From an uncultured Dehalococcoidia bacterium (GTDB taxonomy: Bacteria; Chloroflexota; Dehalococcoidia; Lucifugimonadales; CAJWUJ01): a stretch of DNA of 64,000 nt. The stretch spans positions 76,835 to 140,834 of the forward strand of contig CAJWUJ010000003.1 of assembly GCA_913047625.1 (NCBI GenBank), in the 5' to 3' direction. Each line of letters begins with the position of its first letter. Within the stretch, counting starts at the first letter, position 1. Below the pieces are notes generated by a model. It was not told the origin of the DNA. It ran no database searches and was given only the letters and a program-made list of their open reading frames with translations. Position numbers and translations under genes: made by a program. Below, one piece after another: positions 36,358 to 45,090 of the stretch.

Positions 36358-37759
36358 TAATTTAGCCCATAGCACAATCAAGCAATTAGCAGACCTCTAT
36401 CAAAAGCGAAAGGTTTCCCCTGTTGAAGTAGTCGAAGACTTATTGGATCGAATATCTTTGTTGGATAGCAGGTTCAATTACTATATTACAGTGGTTGCAG
36501 ATGAAGCCAGAAAGTCTGCAAAGATAGCTGAATCTGAAATAGTGTCGGGTACTTACAAAGGAGGTTTACATGGTATTCCTCTCTCTTTAAAGGACATTAT
36601 TTGGACTAATGGTGTTTTGACTACCTGTGCTTCTAAGGTAATGGAGAACTACGTTCCAGACTATGACGCTGAGATAGTTTCCAAGTTAAAAGCCAAAGGC
36701 ATGTTTTTATTAGGGAAACTAAACGCCCAAGAATTTGCCATGGGAGCTACAGGGAGTATTACCTATTTTGATATTCCTACAAACCCATGGGACGAGGAAT
36801 GTGTTACAGGGGGTTCAAGTAGTGGATCTGGAGGCTCAATCGCCATTGATACTAGTATAGCGGCTATTGGAACTGATACAGGGGGATCTGTGCGTATCCC
36901 AGCTGCACTGTGCGGAATCTTTGGACACAAACCCACATATGGTTTGGTAAGCAGAAGAGGAATTATGGCTTTGTCATATACCTTGGATCACGCTGGGCCT
37001 ATGACAAAGACGGTAGAAGACGCTGCTATAATGTTGGACGGCATGGCTGGCCATGATCCCCTTGATCGTTCAACAGTCAATGAGCAGTTTTCCAGTTTCA
37101 CGTCGAAACTGGGTTCGGACATAAAGGGTTCCAGGCTAGGAATAATTAAAGAGGTTTTTGAAATGCCGCACCACCCTGAGGTACGAGATTTGTTTGAGAA
37201 GTCAGTAAAGACGTTGGAAGGGTTGGGTTGCAGCGTACAAGAAGTTTCTATTCCCATGTTTCCCCATGCAAGAAAGTTTCATCCTGTAATTTCGATATCA
37301 GAGTCTAGTTTTACCCATCAAAAGACCTATCTAACACATCGTGATCAATATGGAGAAGAGTCCCAGCGCCGTTTAGATCTCGGACTTCTCATAACGCCTA
37401 GTGATTATCTTATGGCTCAGCAGGCAAGAGAACTATTAAAAAGACAAACTGCGTCTGTGTTAGAAACGGTTGATTACTTAGTATTACCTACTGTGCCTAC
37501 ACCCGCACCGAAGATAGCAACTCCGAAGATGCTCTTAGGCGAAAAAGAAGTTAACAGCTGGGGATTGTTGGCTACTTATACGTGCCCGTTCAATGATACT
37601 GGTCATCCTGCGGCATCGGTGCCATGTGGTTTTGACAGTAATGGATTACCCGTAGGTCTTCAAATAGTGGGCAAGTCTTTTCATGATGCAGATGTGCTAG
37701 GCATAGCCCAAGCGTATGAAAGTGCTACGGAATGGAGCTTACATAAACCGGTACTGTAA
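36347..37759 (+). CDS. Amidase-signature enzyme (GatA/AtzE-like), copy 2
   Basis: PLSLKD Lys, GGSSSGSGGS loop and DTGGSVRIPA nucleophile motif. 470 aa. Confidence 0.9.
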   Translation: MSDSNLAHSTIKQLADLYQKRKVSPVEVVEDLLDRISLLDSRFNYYITVVADEARKSAKIAESEIVSGTYKGGLHGIPLSLKDIIWTNGVLTTCASKVMENYVPDYDAEIVSKLKAKGMFLLGKLNAQEFAMGATGSITYFDIPTNPWDEECVTGGSSSGSGGSIAIDTSIAAIGTDTGGSVRIPAALCGIFGHKPTYGLVSRRGIMALSYTLDHAGPMTKTVEDAAIMLDGMAGHDPLDRSTVNEQFSSFTSKLGSDIKGSRLGIIKEVFEMPHHPEVRDLFEKSVKTLEGLGCSVQEVSIPMFPHARKFHPVISISESSFTHQKTYLTHRDQYGEESQRRLDLGLLITPSDYLMAQQARELLKRQTASVLETVDYLVLPTVPTPAPKIATPKMLLGEKEVNSWGLLATYTCPFNDTGHPAASVPCGFDSNGLPVGLQIVGKSFHDADVLGIAQAYESATEWSLHKPVL

Positions 37760-37977
37760 AGCAGTATGCTGAAAACATTAAGTTTTTTCTCAACAAACCT
37801 AAAAACGAGGTATAACGCTGCCAGACTAATGGTTCAGGGATACACATTATCCTATTATCTATTGATGTCCTTTATAAAAATAATGCTAGTTCCTTTGTCC
37901 TGGATTTGCTCAACAAAAAAAGCTTAAACCTGTTGTTAATGCCTTGTAGTAGCAGGCGTTAGTTTTATTTTCCTGAT

Positions 37978-38000
37978 AGTAGGCACAGCATGTGCCTACT
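37978..38000. repeat. 23-bp perfect palindrome AGTAGGCACA-gca-TGTGCCTACT
   Basis: Read directly: a 10-bp perfect inverted repeat with a 3-nt spacer, in the 409-bp gap between amidase 2 and pstS. No U-tract follows on either strand. Confidence 0.6.
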
Positions 38001-38048
38001 TATCAATTAACCCGTGTATCTATCCTTTGCTTCCTTGCCAGTGATTAT

Positions 38049-38112
38049 TTAACAAAACTTTAATCTAAATGCACGGCAACTTAATTCCTTGTTAATAATC
38101 TCTATTTAGAAT
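38049..38112 (+). promoter_or_regulatory. Candidate Pho-box array plus -10 element upstream of pstS
   Basis: TTAACA (38049) and TTAATC (38060) are 11 bp apart. TTAATT (38081) and TTAATA (38092) are 11 bp apart. TAGAAT (38107-38112) follows 9 nt after the last hexamer. Confidence 0.35.
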
Positions 38113-38168
38113 CATACATAGAACAAATCAGAAGGTTAGAAAGTTAATGGAGGGGTCAATACAAAACG

Positions 38169-39146
38169 ATGAACAAAATTTTATTTGGAACTGCAATTTT
38201 AGCTTCATTTGGATTACTTGCATGTAGTTCTTCCGAGGCTGAGACTGTAAAGGAATCCCCATCCTCAGGCGCAACAGTCGTTTCCGAAGTTACCAAAATC
38301 GAAGGATCAATTGAAATTGATGGATCTAGTACAGTTTATCCTGTAACTGAGGCAGTTGCTGAAGAATTTGGAAAACTTTACAAAGATGTAACGGTCACCG
38401 TTGGTTTTTCTGGAACAGGAGGTGGCTTTAAGCGTTTTGCTAAAGGCGAAACCAGTATCTCTGATGCATCTAGGCCCATCAAGGATGAGGAAATTGAGGC
38501 CGCAGCTGAGGCAGGAACTGAATGGATCGAGCTTGCGGTAGGACAAGACGGCCTTTCTGTAATGGTAAGCCCTAAAAATACCTTTATAGAGTGTCTGACT
38601 GTCGAACAGTTAAAGAATCTATGGAAACCAGATAGCACAATCATGACCTGGAAAGATATTGATGCTTCTTGGCCCGACAAAAGAATTAATTTGTATGGAC
38701 CGGGTACAGATTCAGGAACCTTTGATTTCTTTACTGAAGAAATTGTTGGTGAAGTACAATCCAGTAGGTCTGACTATTCCATGAGCGAGGACGACAATTC
38801 ACTAGTTAAAGGAATCAACACTGATCCCAATGCACTAGGATATTTTGGCTACGCTTACTATGATGCCAACCCAGATAAACTAAAACTAGTAGCAATTGAT
38901 GATGGTAATGGTTGCGTGGAACCTTCTGCTGAGACCATTAAATCAGGAGAATATACCCCACTTGCACGGCCATTGTTCATATATGTTAACAGCGACCATT
39001 TAAAAAATAGGCCAGCAGTTGAAGCGTTTGTGAAGTACTTCTTGACTAGTGGACCAGAATTGGTAGCAGAAGTAGGCTATGTGAAAGAATCAAACGAAGT
39101 CTATACCCAGGGTTTGAACCTAGTGGAGGCGACGCTTCTAAAGTGA
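38169..39146 (+). CDS. pstS: Phosphate ABC transporter substrate-binding lipoprotein PstS
   Basis: Lipobox LLACSS, plus DGSSTVYP and SGTGGGFKRF motifs. pstCAB follows. Confidence 0.9.
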   Translation: MNKILFGTAILASFGLLACSSSEAETVKESPSSGATVVSEVTKIEGSIEIDGSSTVYPVTEAVAEEFGKLYKDVTVTVGFSGTGGGFKRFAKGETSISDASRPIKDEEIEAAAEAGTEWIELAVGQDGLSVMVSPKNTFIECLTVEQLKNLWKPDSTIMTWKDIDASWPDKRINLYGPGTDSGTFDFFTEEIVGEVQSSRSDYSMSEDDNSLVKGINTDPNALGYFGYAYYDANPDKLKLVAIDDGNGCVEPSAETIKSGEYTPLARPLFIYVNSDHLKNRPAVEAFVKYFLTSGPELVAEVGYVKESNEVYTQGLNLVEATLLK

Positions 39147-39217
39147 CAAAAACCTTAGAGTTATCTCGTTATTTGCTCCCCAGATTGTACGGCATACTTC
39201 TTCTTATAAGAAGGCAG

Positions 39218-39263
39218 TTTTCTGCGGTGTGTCCCTCCTTCGGGTCATCGCAGAAAACATTTT
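39218..39263 (+). terminator. Strong stem-loop with short T-run between pstS and pstC (possible partial terminator or mRNA stabiliser)
   Basis: TTTTCTGCG (39218-39226) pairs with CGCAGAAAA (39249-39257) and has an inner CCC/GGG helix. It is followed by CATTTT. A 14-bp palindrome CTTCTTATAAGAAG lies just upstream (39200-39213). Confidence 0.4.
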
Positions 39264-39366
39264 AGTATAAGAGTGAAACCTTGTTAAAATGAAAGGAAAT
39301 CTATCGGTAATTATCGAAAACTTCAGGTAGAATAGATAGGAATCGATAAGAGATATTAAGCGAACT

Positions 39367-40275
39367 ATGAAGATACGGGAATCCTTTCCAGAGAGAGCTG
39401 AAAATCCTATATCAGGAACTATTGTAAAGTACCTGTTTTTTCTATGTGTATTAATATCTTTACTCACAACCGCTGGAATTCTCTACTCATTACTTTCTCA
39501 GGCAATCGGGTTCTTTTTTGAAGTACCACTCATAGATTTTTTGACAGGAACTCGCTGGGCTCCGATTTTGAAACCTCAGGCATACGGGGTGCTTCCTTTA
39601 GTGTGCGGCACGCTCTTAGTAGCTGCTATAGCTGCGGTGGTAGCTCTGCCTGTTGGTCTCGCAACAGCAATTTTTCTCTCTGAATATGCTCCTGACAAGA
39701 TTAGACGAATCCTGAAACCTCTTTTAGAGATTCTGGCAGGAGTGCCAACGGTGGTTTACGGCTATTTCGCACTAACATTTGTAACACCCCAACTTCAGAA
39801 GTTGGTTCCCGACATGCTTGTTTTCAATGCTCTTAGTGCTGGTTTAGTAATGGGCATTATGATTATTCCAATGGTTTCATCTCTAAGTGAAGATGCCATG
39901 TTAGCAGTACCTCGATCTCTTCGATATGCTGCATATGCCTTAGGATCAACCAGGCTTGAAGTCAGCCTGAAGGTAGTTGTTCCTGCGGCTCTCTCAGGGA
40001 TCATTGCTTCATTTATCATTGCAGTATCACGGGCAATTGGGGAAACGATGCTTGTCACTTTGGCGGCTGGGGCAACTCCTAGAATGACTTTTAATGTTTT
40101 TGACAGTATTCAAACCATGACTGCGTACATAGTACAACTAAGTTTAGGAGAAGCCCCTCACGGTTCATTGGAATATAACACGATATTTGCTGTCGGTTTA
40201 CTTTTGTTCGTTATGACATTAATTATGAACGTTATCGGCCATCTCGTAGTTAGAAGATGGAGGGAAGTATATTGA
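39367..40275 (+). CDS. pstC: Phosphate ABC transporter permease PstC
   Basis: 6-TM permease with a PstC-like pattern, positioned between pstS and pstA. Confidence 0.9.
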   Translation: MKIRESFPERAENPISGTIVKYLFFLCVLISLLTTAGILYSLLSQAIGFFFEVPLIDFLTGTRWAPILKPQAYGVLPLVCGTLLVAAIAAVVALPVGLATAIFLSEYAPDKIRRILKPLLEILAGVPTVVYGYFALTFVTPQLQKLVPDMLVFNALSAGLVMGIMIIPMVSSLSEDAMLAVPRSLRYAAYALGSTRLEVSLKVVVPAALSGIIASFIIAVSRAIGETMLVTLAAGATPRMTFNVFDSIQTMTAYIVQLSLGEAPHGSLEYNTIFAVGLLLFVMTLIMNVIGHLVVRRWREVY

Positions 40276-41156
40276 GTCTGCAGTCAAATAAAATATTCAA
40301 TTCACACCTAAGATCCAGGGCAATACGAGGCATGGTATTTTATGGAATTTGCTTGGTGTGTGTCTGTATTGGAATAGCAGCACTAGGAACTTTACTAGTT
40401 CAGGTCGTTTCTGATGGCTGGTCATGGTTAACATGGCATTTTTTGTCTGATTACCCCTCTCGTCATCCTGAAGAAGCAGGCATGATGTCTGCTATTTTTG
40501 GAACGTTGTGGGTTATGGCCATGACGGGTATTTTTGCTGTTCCAGTAGGTATTGGTAGCGCGATGTTTTTAGAAGAATATGCGCCAAAGAATAAATTGAT
40601 GCAAATTGTTGAAATTAACTTGGCCAACTTGGCAGGAGTGCCTTCTATCGTGTATGGACTTCTTGGGCTTGCTGTATTTGTTTATTGGATGAACATTGGT
40701 AGAACTGCATTGGCAGGATCGTTGACTCTTGCTTTGCTTGTTTTGCCCGTGATTATTCTGGCTTCTAGGGAAGCCGTTAGAGCCGTGCCTAATGCTCATA
40801 GAGAAGCTGCTTATGCCTTAGGTGCAGATAAATGGCAAGTCATACGAATGGTGGTGTTTCCGGGGGCTTTCCCAGGTATACTCACAGGCTCGATACTTGC
40901 TCTCTCTAGGGCTATTGGAGAGGCTGCTCCAGTGATTGCAATTAGTGCATTAGTTTATATAACCTTTATCCCGACATCCCCGATGGATCGCTTCACAGTA
41001 ATGCCAATCCAAATATATAATTGGGTCTCACGGCCACAAGAAGAATTCCAGAACTTGGCGGCAGCTGGAATTATAGTTCTTTTGGTAGTACTTCTATCTA
41101 TGAATGCTCTAGCAATTTTTTTACGAAATAAGTACCAGACAAAAAGTGATGAATAA
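40257..41156 (+). CDS. pstA: Phosphate ABC transporter permease PstA
   Basis: Polytopic permease (REAAYALGA motif) that overlaps pstC and pstB. Confidence 0.9.
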   Translation: MEGSILSLQSNKIFNSHLRSRAIRGMVFYGICLVCVCIGIAALGTLLVQVVSDGWSWLTWHFLSDYPSRHPEEAGMMSAIFGTLWVMAMTGIFAVPVGIGSAMFLEEYAPKNKLMQIVEINLANLAGVPSIVYGLLGLAVFVYWMNIGRTALAGSLTLALLVLPVIILASREAVRAVPNAHREAAYALGADKWQVIRMVVFPGAFPGILTGSILALSRAIGEAAPVIAISALVYITFIPTSPMDRFTVMPIQIYNWVSRPQEEFQNLAAAGIIVLLVVLLSMNALAIFLRNKYQTKSDE

Positions 41157-41931
41157 TATGACCTCACCCAAAAGCGTATTAAATACAAGCCAGCTTTCTG
41201 TTTATTATGGATCGTTCTTGGCCTTAAAAAATGTTGACATGGCTATACAAGCTAATGAGGTGACTGCCTTAATTGGTCCTTCTGGCTGTGGAAAAAGCAC
41301 TTTACTGCGATGTTTTAACAGAATGAATGACTTGATTCCAGATGCCGTTGTCGAAGGGAAAGTCTTATTCAACGGTAAGGATTTGTACGGTTCTGAGATA
41401 AATCCTACAGAAATCCGTTCACGAATTGGGATGGTCTTCCAGAAACCGAATCCATTTCCTAAGTCGATCTTCGATAACGTTGCCTTTGGGCTTAAGGTTA
41501 ACGGTTACACTGGAAAGATGGACGAAGCAGTCGAGTGGGCTCTTAGGCAGGCAGCACTGTGGGATGAGGTTTCAGATCGATTAAAGAAGAGTGCGCTAAC
41601 ACTTTCTGGCGGTCAGCAACAGCGTCTTTGTATAGCTCGGGCAATAGCTGTCCAGCCCGAAGTGATTCTCATGGACGAACCTGCTTCTGCATTGGATCCC
41701 ATAGCTACATTGGCTATCGAAGAGCTGATTAGAGAATTAAAACAGCTATATACTATTGTTATTGTCACTCATAATATGCAACAAGCGGCACGAGTAGCGG
41801 ATAAAACAGCTTTTTTGATGGTGGATGATGCCAGAGGTGGCTATTTGGTCGAGTATGATGCGACTAGTAAAATTTTCACGAACCCCAGTGATTCAAGAAC
41901 AGAGGCGTATATAACCGGTAGATTTAGCTGA
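41146..41931 (+). CDS. pstB: Phosphate ABC transporter ATP-binding protein PstB
   Basis: Walker [10 protein letters not shown], signature LSGGQQQRL, Walker B ILMDEP, and a PstB-type N-terminus (LSVYYG). Confidence 0.95.
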   Translation: MMNNMTSPKSVLNTSQLSVYYGSFLALKNVDMAIQANEVTALIGPSGCGKSTLLRCFNRMNDLIPDAVVEGKVLFNGKDLYGSEINPTEIRSRIGMVFQKPNPFPKSIFDNVAFGLKVNGYTGKMDEAVEWALRQAALWDEVSDRLKKSALTLSGGQQQRLCIARAIAVQPEVILMDEPASALDPIATLAIEELIRELKQLYTIVIVTHNMQQAARVADKTAFLMVDDARGGYLVEYDATSKIFTNPSDSRTEAYITGRFS

Positions 41932-42053
41932 GAACGGCACATGTATTCAAGTGTTGCCTTCAGTGAGTTCCGTGGTGTATCCTCTGAGACAATTTAAGGA
42001 AGCCAGTCCAATCAAATCGACGTTTCTAATCCATATAATAAAGGAGATAAGGA

Positions 42054-43394
42054 ATGGTAGCTGCAGAAGATCGTTATCTTGAGTTGCACAAGGGTTCGGC
42101 CACACGGTACGAGACGGCTAAATCATTATTCCCTGACGGGGTGACACATGATACCCGATGGGTCACGCCATTTCCTCTTTTTATGACGCATGGGAAAGGT
42201 CCGTATAAATGGGATGTGGACAACAACAAAATTAATGATTTTGTGATGGGACACGGATCGATGATATTGGGTCATGCTCATCCAGATGTTGTTTCTGCCG
42301 TTCAAGAGGCAGCGAGCCGCGGATCACACTTAGGTGGTAATACCGAACAAGAAATGGCATGGGCCCAATTAGTGTGTGACCTTGTTCCAGCAGCAGAAAA
42401 AGTTCGGTTCACCATGTCCGGAACGGAAGCGAGTCTCTTGGCCTTTAGGTTAGCTCGTGCGTATTCCGGAAAGACTAAGTTACTTAAGTTCCGAAATAAT
42501 TTTCATGGTTGGCACGACTATTCCATTCTAGGAGAAGGCCGAGGAATGGGTGGCGTACCTGAAGCCGCGAAAAGCACAATGATTGTAGCTGACCCCGATC
42601 TTCAGAATGTTGAAGAAATCCTTAGCAAAGATAAAGACATTGCAGCTGTTATATTGGAACCGTCAGGTGCAAATGCTGGATGGCTTCCCTTCTCTGTAGA
42701 CTTTCTGAAAGGACTACGTGACCTAACATCTAGTTACAATGTTGTTTTAATATTTGATGAAGTTGTAACTGGTTTTCGTTATGCTCCAGGAGGGGCTCAG
42801 GACAGGTTCAATATTACACCTGACATGAGCATTCATGCTAAGGCAATGTCAGGAGGATATCCTGCAGGAGCGGTTGTAGGTAAAGCAGAAATATTAGATA
42901 TGATTCAGCATAGAGGGGATCCAAAATGGGATAGTTCTTCTAGAGTAAGTCATCCTGGAACCTTTAATGCTAATCCAATAGTTGCCTCGGCCGGAGTTGC
43001 TGCGTTGAATTTGATTGCCAATCACGGAATAACTCAGCATGCTGAAGAAATGGCTGGTAGATTGCGAAGTGGTGCTAGGGATATTCTGGCTCGCCTAGAG
43101 ATCCCTGCTACAGTATATGGTGTGGCCTCGGTGTTCTATTTAATTTTCGGCGTATCTGGGGAGAGTGATGAAAACGGTATTTGTACGCTTCCTCATGATG
43201 CCATACGGAATGCTGCTGATCCTGATATTTATAGGCTAGCAAAAGTAGCTTTTCTTAACGAAGGTATAGACTTCATGCGGCATAGAGCCATTTTTGGTCT
43301 CGTTTCAGGTTCTCATACACCAAGCGATATTGACCACGCTCTTGAAGGTTTTGAGAGAGGTCTTAAGGTTCTGCAGGGTGAAGGAATAGTTTAA
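42054..43394 (+). CDS. Class-III PLP aminotransferase, GSA-aminomutase-like (paralogue 3)
   Basis: Collinear with the genes at 30020 and 31405 (FHGWHD, ILEPSGA, IFDEVVTGFR, PLP-lysine in HAKAMSGGYPAGA). It lacks the PGCACG patch. Confidence 0.85.
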   Translation: MVAAEDRYLELHKGSATRYETAKSLFPDGVTHDTRWVTPFPLFMTHGKGPYKWDVDNNKINDFVMGHGSMILGHAHPDVVSAVQEAASRGSHLGGNTEQEMAWAQLVCDLVPAAEKVRFTMSGTEASLLAFRLARAYSGKTKLLKFRNNFHGWHDYSILGEGRGMGGVPEAAKSTMIVADPDLQNVEEILSKDKDIAAVILEPSGANAGWLPFSVDFLKGLRDLTSSYNVVLIFDEVVTGFRYAPGGAQDRFNITPDMSIHAKAMSGGYPAGAVVGKAEILDMIQHRGDPKWDSSSRVSHPGTFNANPIVASAGVAALNLIANHGITQHAEEMAGRLRSGARDILARLEIPATVYGVASVFYLIFGVSGESDENGICTLPHDAIRNAADPDIYRLAKVAFLNEGIDFMRHRAIFGLVSGSHTPSDIDHALEGFERGLKVLQGEGIV

Positions 43395-43440
43395 GCGCAC
43401 ACAAAGAAAGCCATACTGAAGAAAATAGCCTAGAACTCGG

Positions 43441-44295
43441 TCATCTTCCCTTGAATTCAGGTTTTCGCTTTTGGACGAAAGCGATAGGGCCTTCTTTTGA
43501 GTCCTCAGTTGCTCGTGCAATAAATTGACCATATTGGCAGAGATCGAGAGCGGTATTTAGATCAGCCTCCCAGCATTGGTATACCAGTCGTTTAGCTACT
43601 TGGATTGCAACAGACGGACCAGAAGCGATTTGAAGTAAATAGTCAGTAGCCTGGTCAACTAGGTGATCATGGGGAAACACCATGTCCACGTATCCCATGT
43701 CCAAAGCTTCCTTAGATCCGAATATTCTTCCAGTCCATATTAGATCTAAGGCTTTAGAGATACCAAGGATTTTGGGAAGAAAATAACAACCACCGTCACC
43801 AGGAACTAACCCCATTTTTACATATGCCATAGTAAACTTAGCATTATCAGAGGCAATCCGGATATCGCACATTGATGCCATATCCATTCCTGCTCCTGCG
43901 CAAGGGCCATTGATAATTCCAACGTACGGTTTATCAAGTGTTGCAAGAGCTCGGGGAATACGGTGTACAGTGTTTTTGAGTTCATGCCTTTGCTCTATAA
44001 ATAGGCTATTTTCATCGTCGTCGCTTTGAATTAGTGAAGCCTCTCGTTTGTCTGTAGAGCCCTCAGAAAACCGTTTGCCCGCTAGTTTGGCATCCATGCC
44101 TGAACAAAATCCCCTTCCTGCCCCTGTTACAACGACTACCTTCACATTATGGTCGAGTTTAGCGTCTTCAATACAAGCAACCCAGCCTTCGAGCATCTCT
44201 TTACTGAAGGCGTTGAGCACCTCAGGTCGGTTAAGTGTAATAGTCGCTATGCCTTGATTTTTTGTATAGAGTACGTCTTTTAATTGCATGGTCAT
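43441..44295 (-). CDS. Enoyl-CoA hydratase/isomerase (crotonase) family protein
   Basis: Oxyanion-hole motifs VTGAGRGFCSGMD and INGPCAGAGMD. Confidence 0.85.
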   Translation of the reverse strand: MTMQLKDVLYTKNQGIATITLNRPEVLNAFSKEMLEGWVACIEDAKLDHNVKVVVVTGAGRGFCSGMDAKLAGKRFSEGSTDKREASLIQSDDDENSLFIEQRHELKNTVHRIPRALATLDKPYVGIINGPCAGAGMDMASMCDIRIASDNAKFTMAYVKMGLVPGDGGCYFLPKILGISKALDLIWTGRIFGSKEALDMGYVDMVFPHDHLVDQATDYLLQIASGPSVAIQVAKRLVYQCWEADLNTALDLCQYGQFIARATEDSKEGPIAFVQKRKPEFKGR

Positions 44296-44307
44296 CCTCC
44301 ATGAGTT

Positions 44308-45012
44308 TTAGTCTTGGTTCCATATGGTATGTAGTAAGTTGGAGACTTCTTGTATGTCTTTCGCAGTGTCAATTCCTTTCCAGAATCGCTCACTCTTGAA
44401 TCCGCTAAGTTGGCCTTTTTCAGCTAAATCAGGAAATGTAGATGTTTCATGATCTCCTTTTTCTGGCATAAGTTTGGTGATGTGTTTTGAAAAAACATAT
44501 ACTCCAGCATTCACCCAATACGGTAGTTGCGGCTTTTCAAGAAAAGATATAACTCTATCAGAGTCATCACATGACACAATGCCGTATTGACTAATAAGTG
44601 GAGTCAGCATGATTGTAGCGATTGTCTCGGGATTTAGTTGGTGTAAATTAAGGATTGGTTGAAGAGCTTGATTCGTTAGAATATCACCGTTTGTCGCTAT
44701 CACGAGATTGGCAGAATCCGGGAGACAAAGAAGCCCTTGTCGATAGGCTCCTCCTCGTCCAAGTGGCTCTTTCTCTTCGATATACTCAAGGGCGATCCCA
44801 ACATTTTCACCATCGCCAAAATATTGCTTGATCGCTTCTATTCGATAGCCACCAAGTATCACAGCATTAGTGACACCGTTCTTTTTTAGCCATGACAGCT
44901 GGTACCATAATAGTGGCTTTCCATTTAACTCCACCATCGGTTTAGGTTTATCGTCAGTATAAGGGCGTAGTCTTTCCCCTCTACCGCCAGCTAGAACCAG
45001 GGCGTATAACAT
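44308..45012 (-). CDS. Sugar-phosphate nucleotidyltransferase (NTP_transferase family)
   Basis: LAGGRGERLRP...KPKPMV N-terminal signature. 234 aa. Confidence 0.8.
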   Translation of the reverse strand: MLYALVLAGGRGERLRPYTDDKPKPMVELNGKPLLWYQLSWLKKNGVTNAVILGGYRIEAIKQYFGDGENVGIALEYIEEKEPLGRGGAYRQGLLCLPDSANLVIATNGDILTNQALQPILNLHQLNPETIATIMLTPLISQYGIVSCDDSDRVISFLEKPQLPYWVNAGVYVFSKHITKLMPEKGDHETSTFPDLAEKGQLSGFKSERFWKGIDTAKDIQEVSNLLHTIWNQD

Positions 45013-45090
45013 GAAGATACTCCTTATTGGGCGTCCTCGGAAACAATGTCTATTATATCAAGCTTGGTAAATCAATGAACTAGAAGGCAA

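Noticed and set aside
37766-37927. 53-codon plus-strand ORF right after amidase 2
   Set aside because: It has no SD sequence. Its Lys/Leu/Ser-rich composition is what AT-rich non-coding DNA would give, and I see no reason to expect conservation.
39204-39467. 87-aa minus-strand ORF in the pstS-pstC spacer
   Set aside because: It overlaps the pstC start and the hairpin region, is AT-rich and low-complexity, and has no RBS.
24166-43394. The catabolic island as a mobile element
   Set aside because: I saw no transposase, integrase, inverted terminal repeats or flanking direct repeats. I did not compute any compositional shift and cannot judge one by eye.
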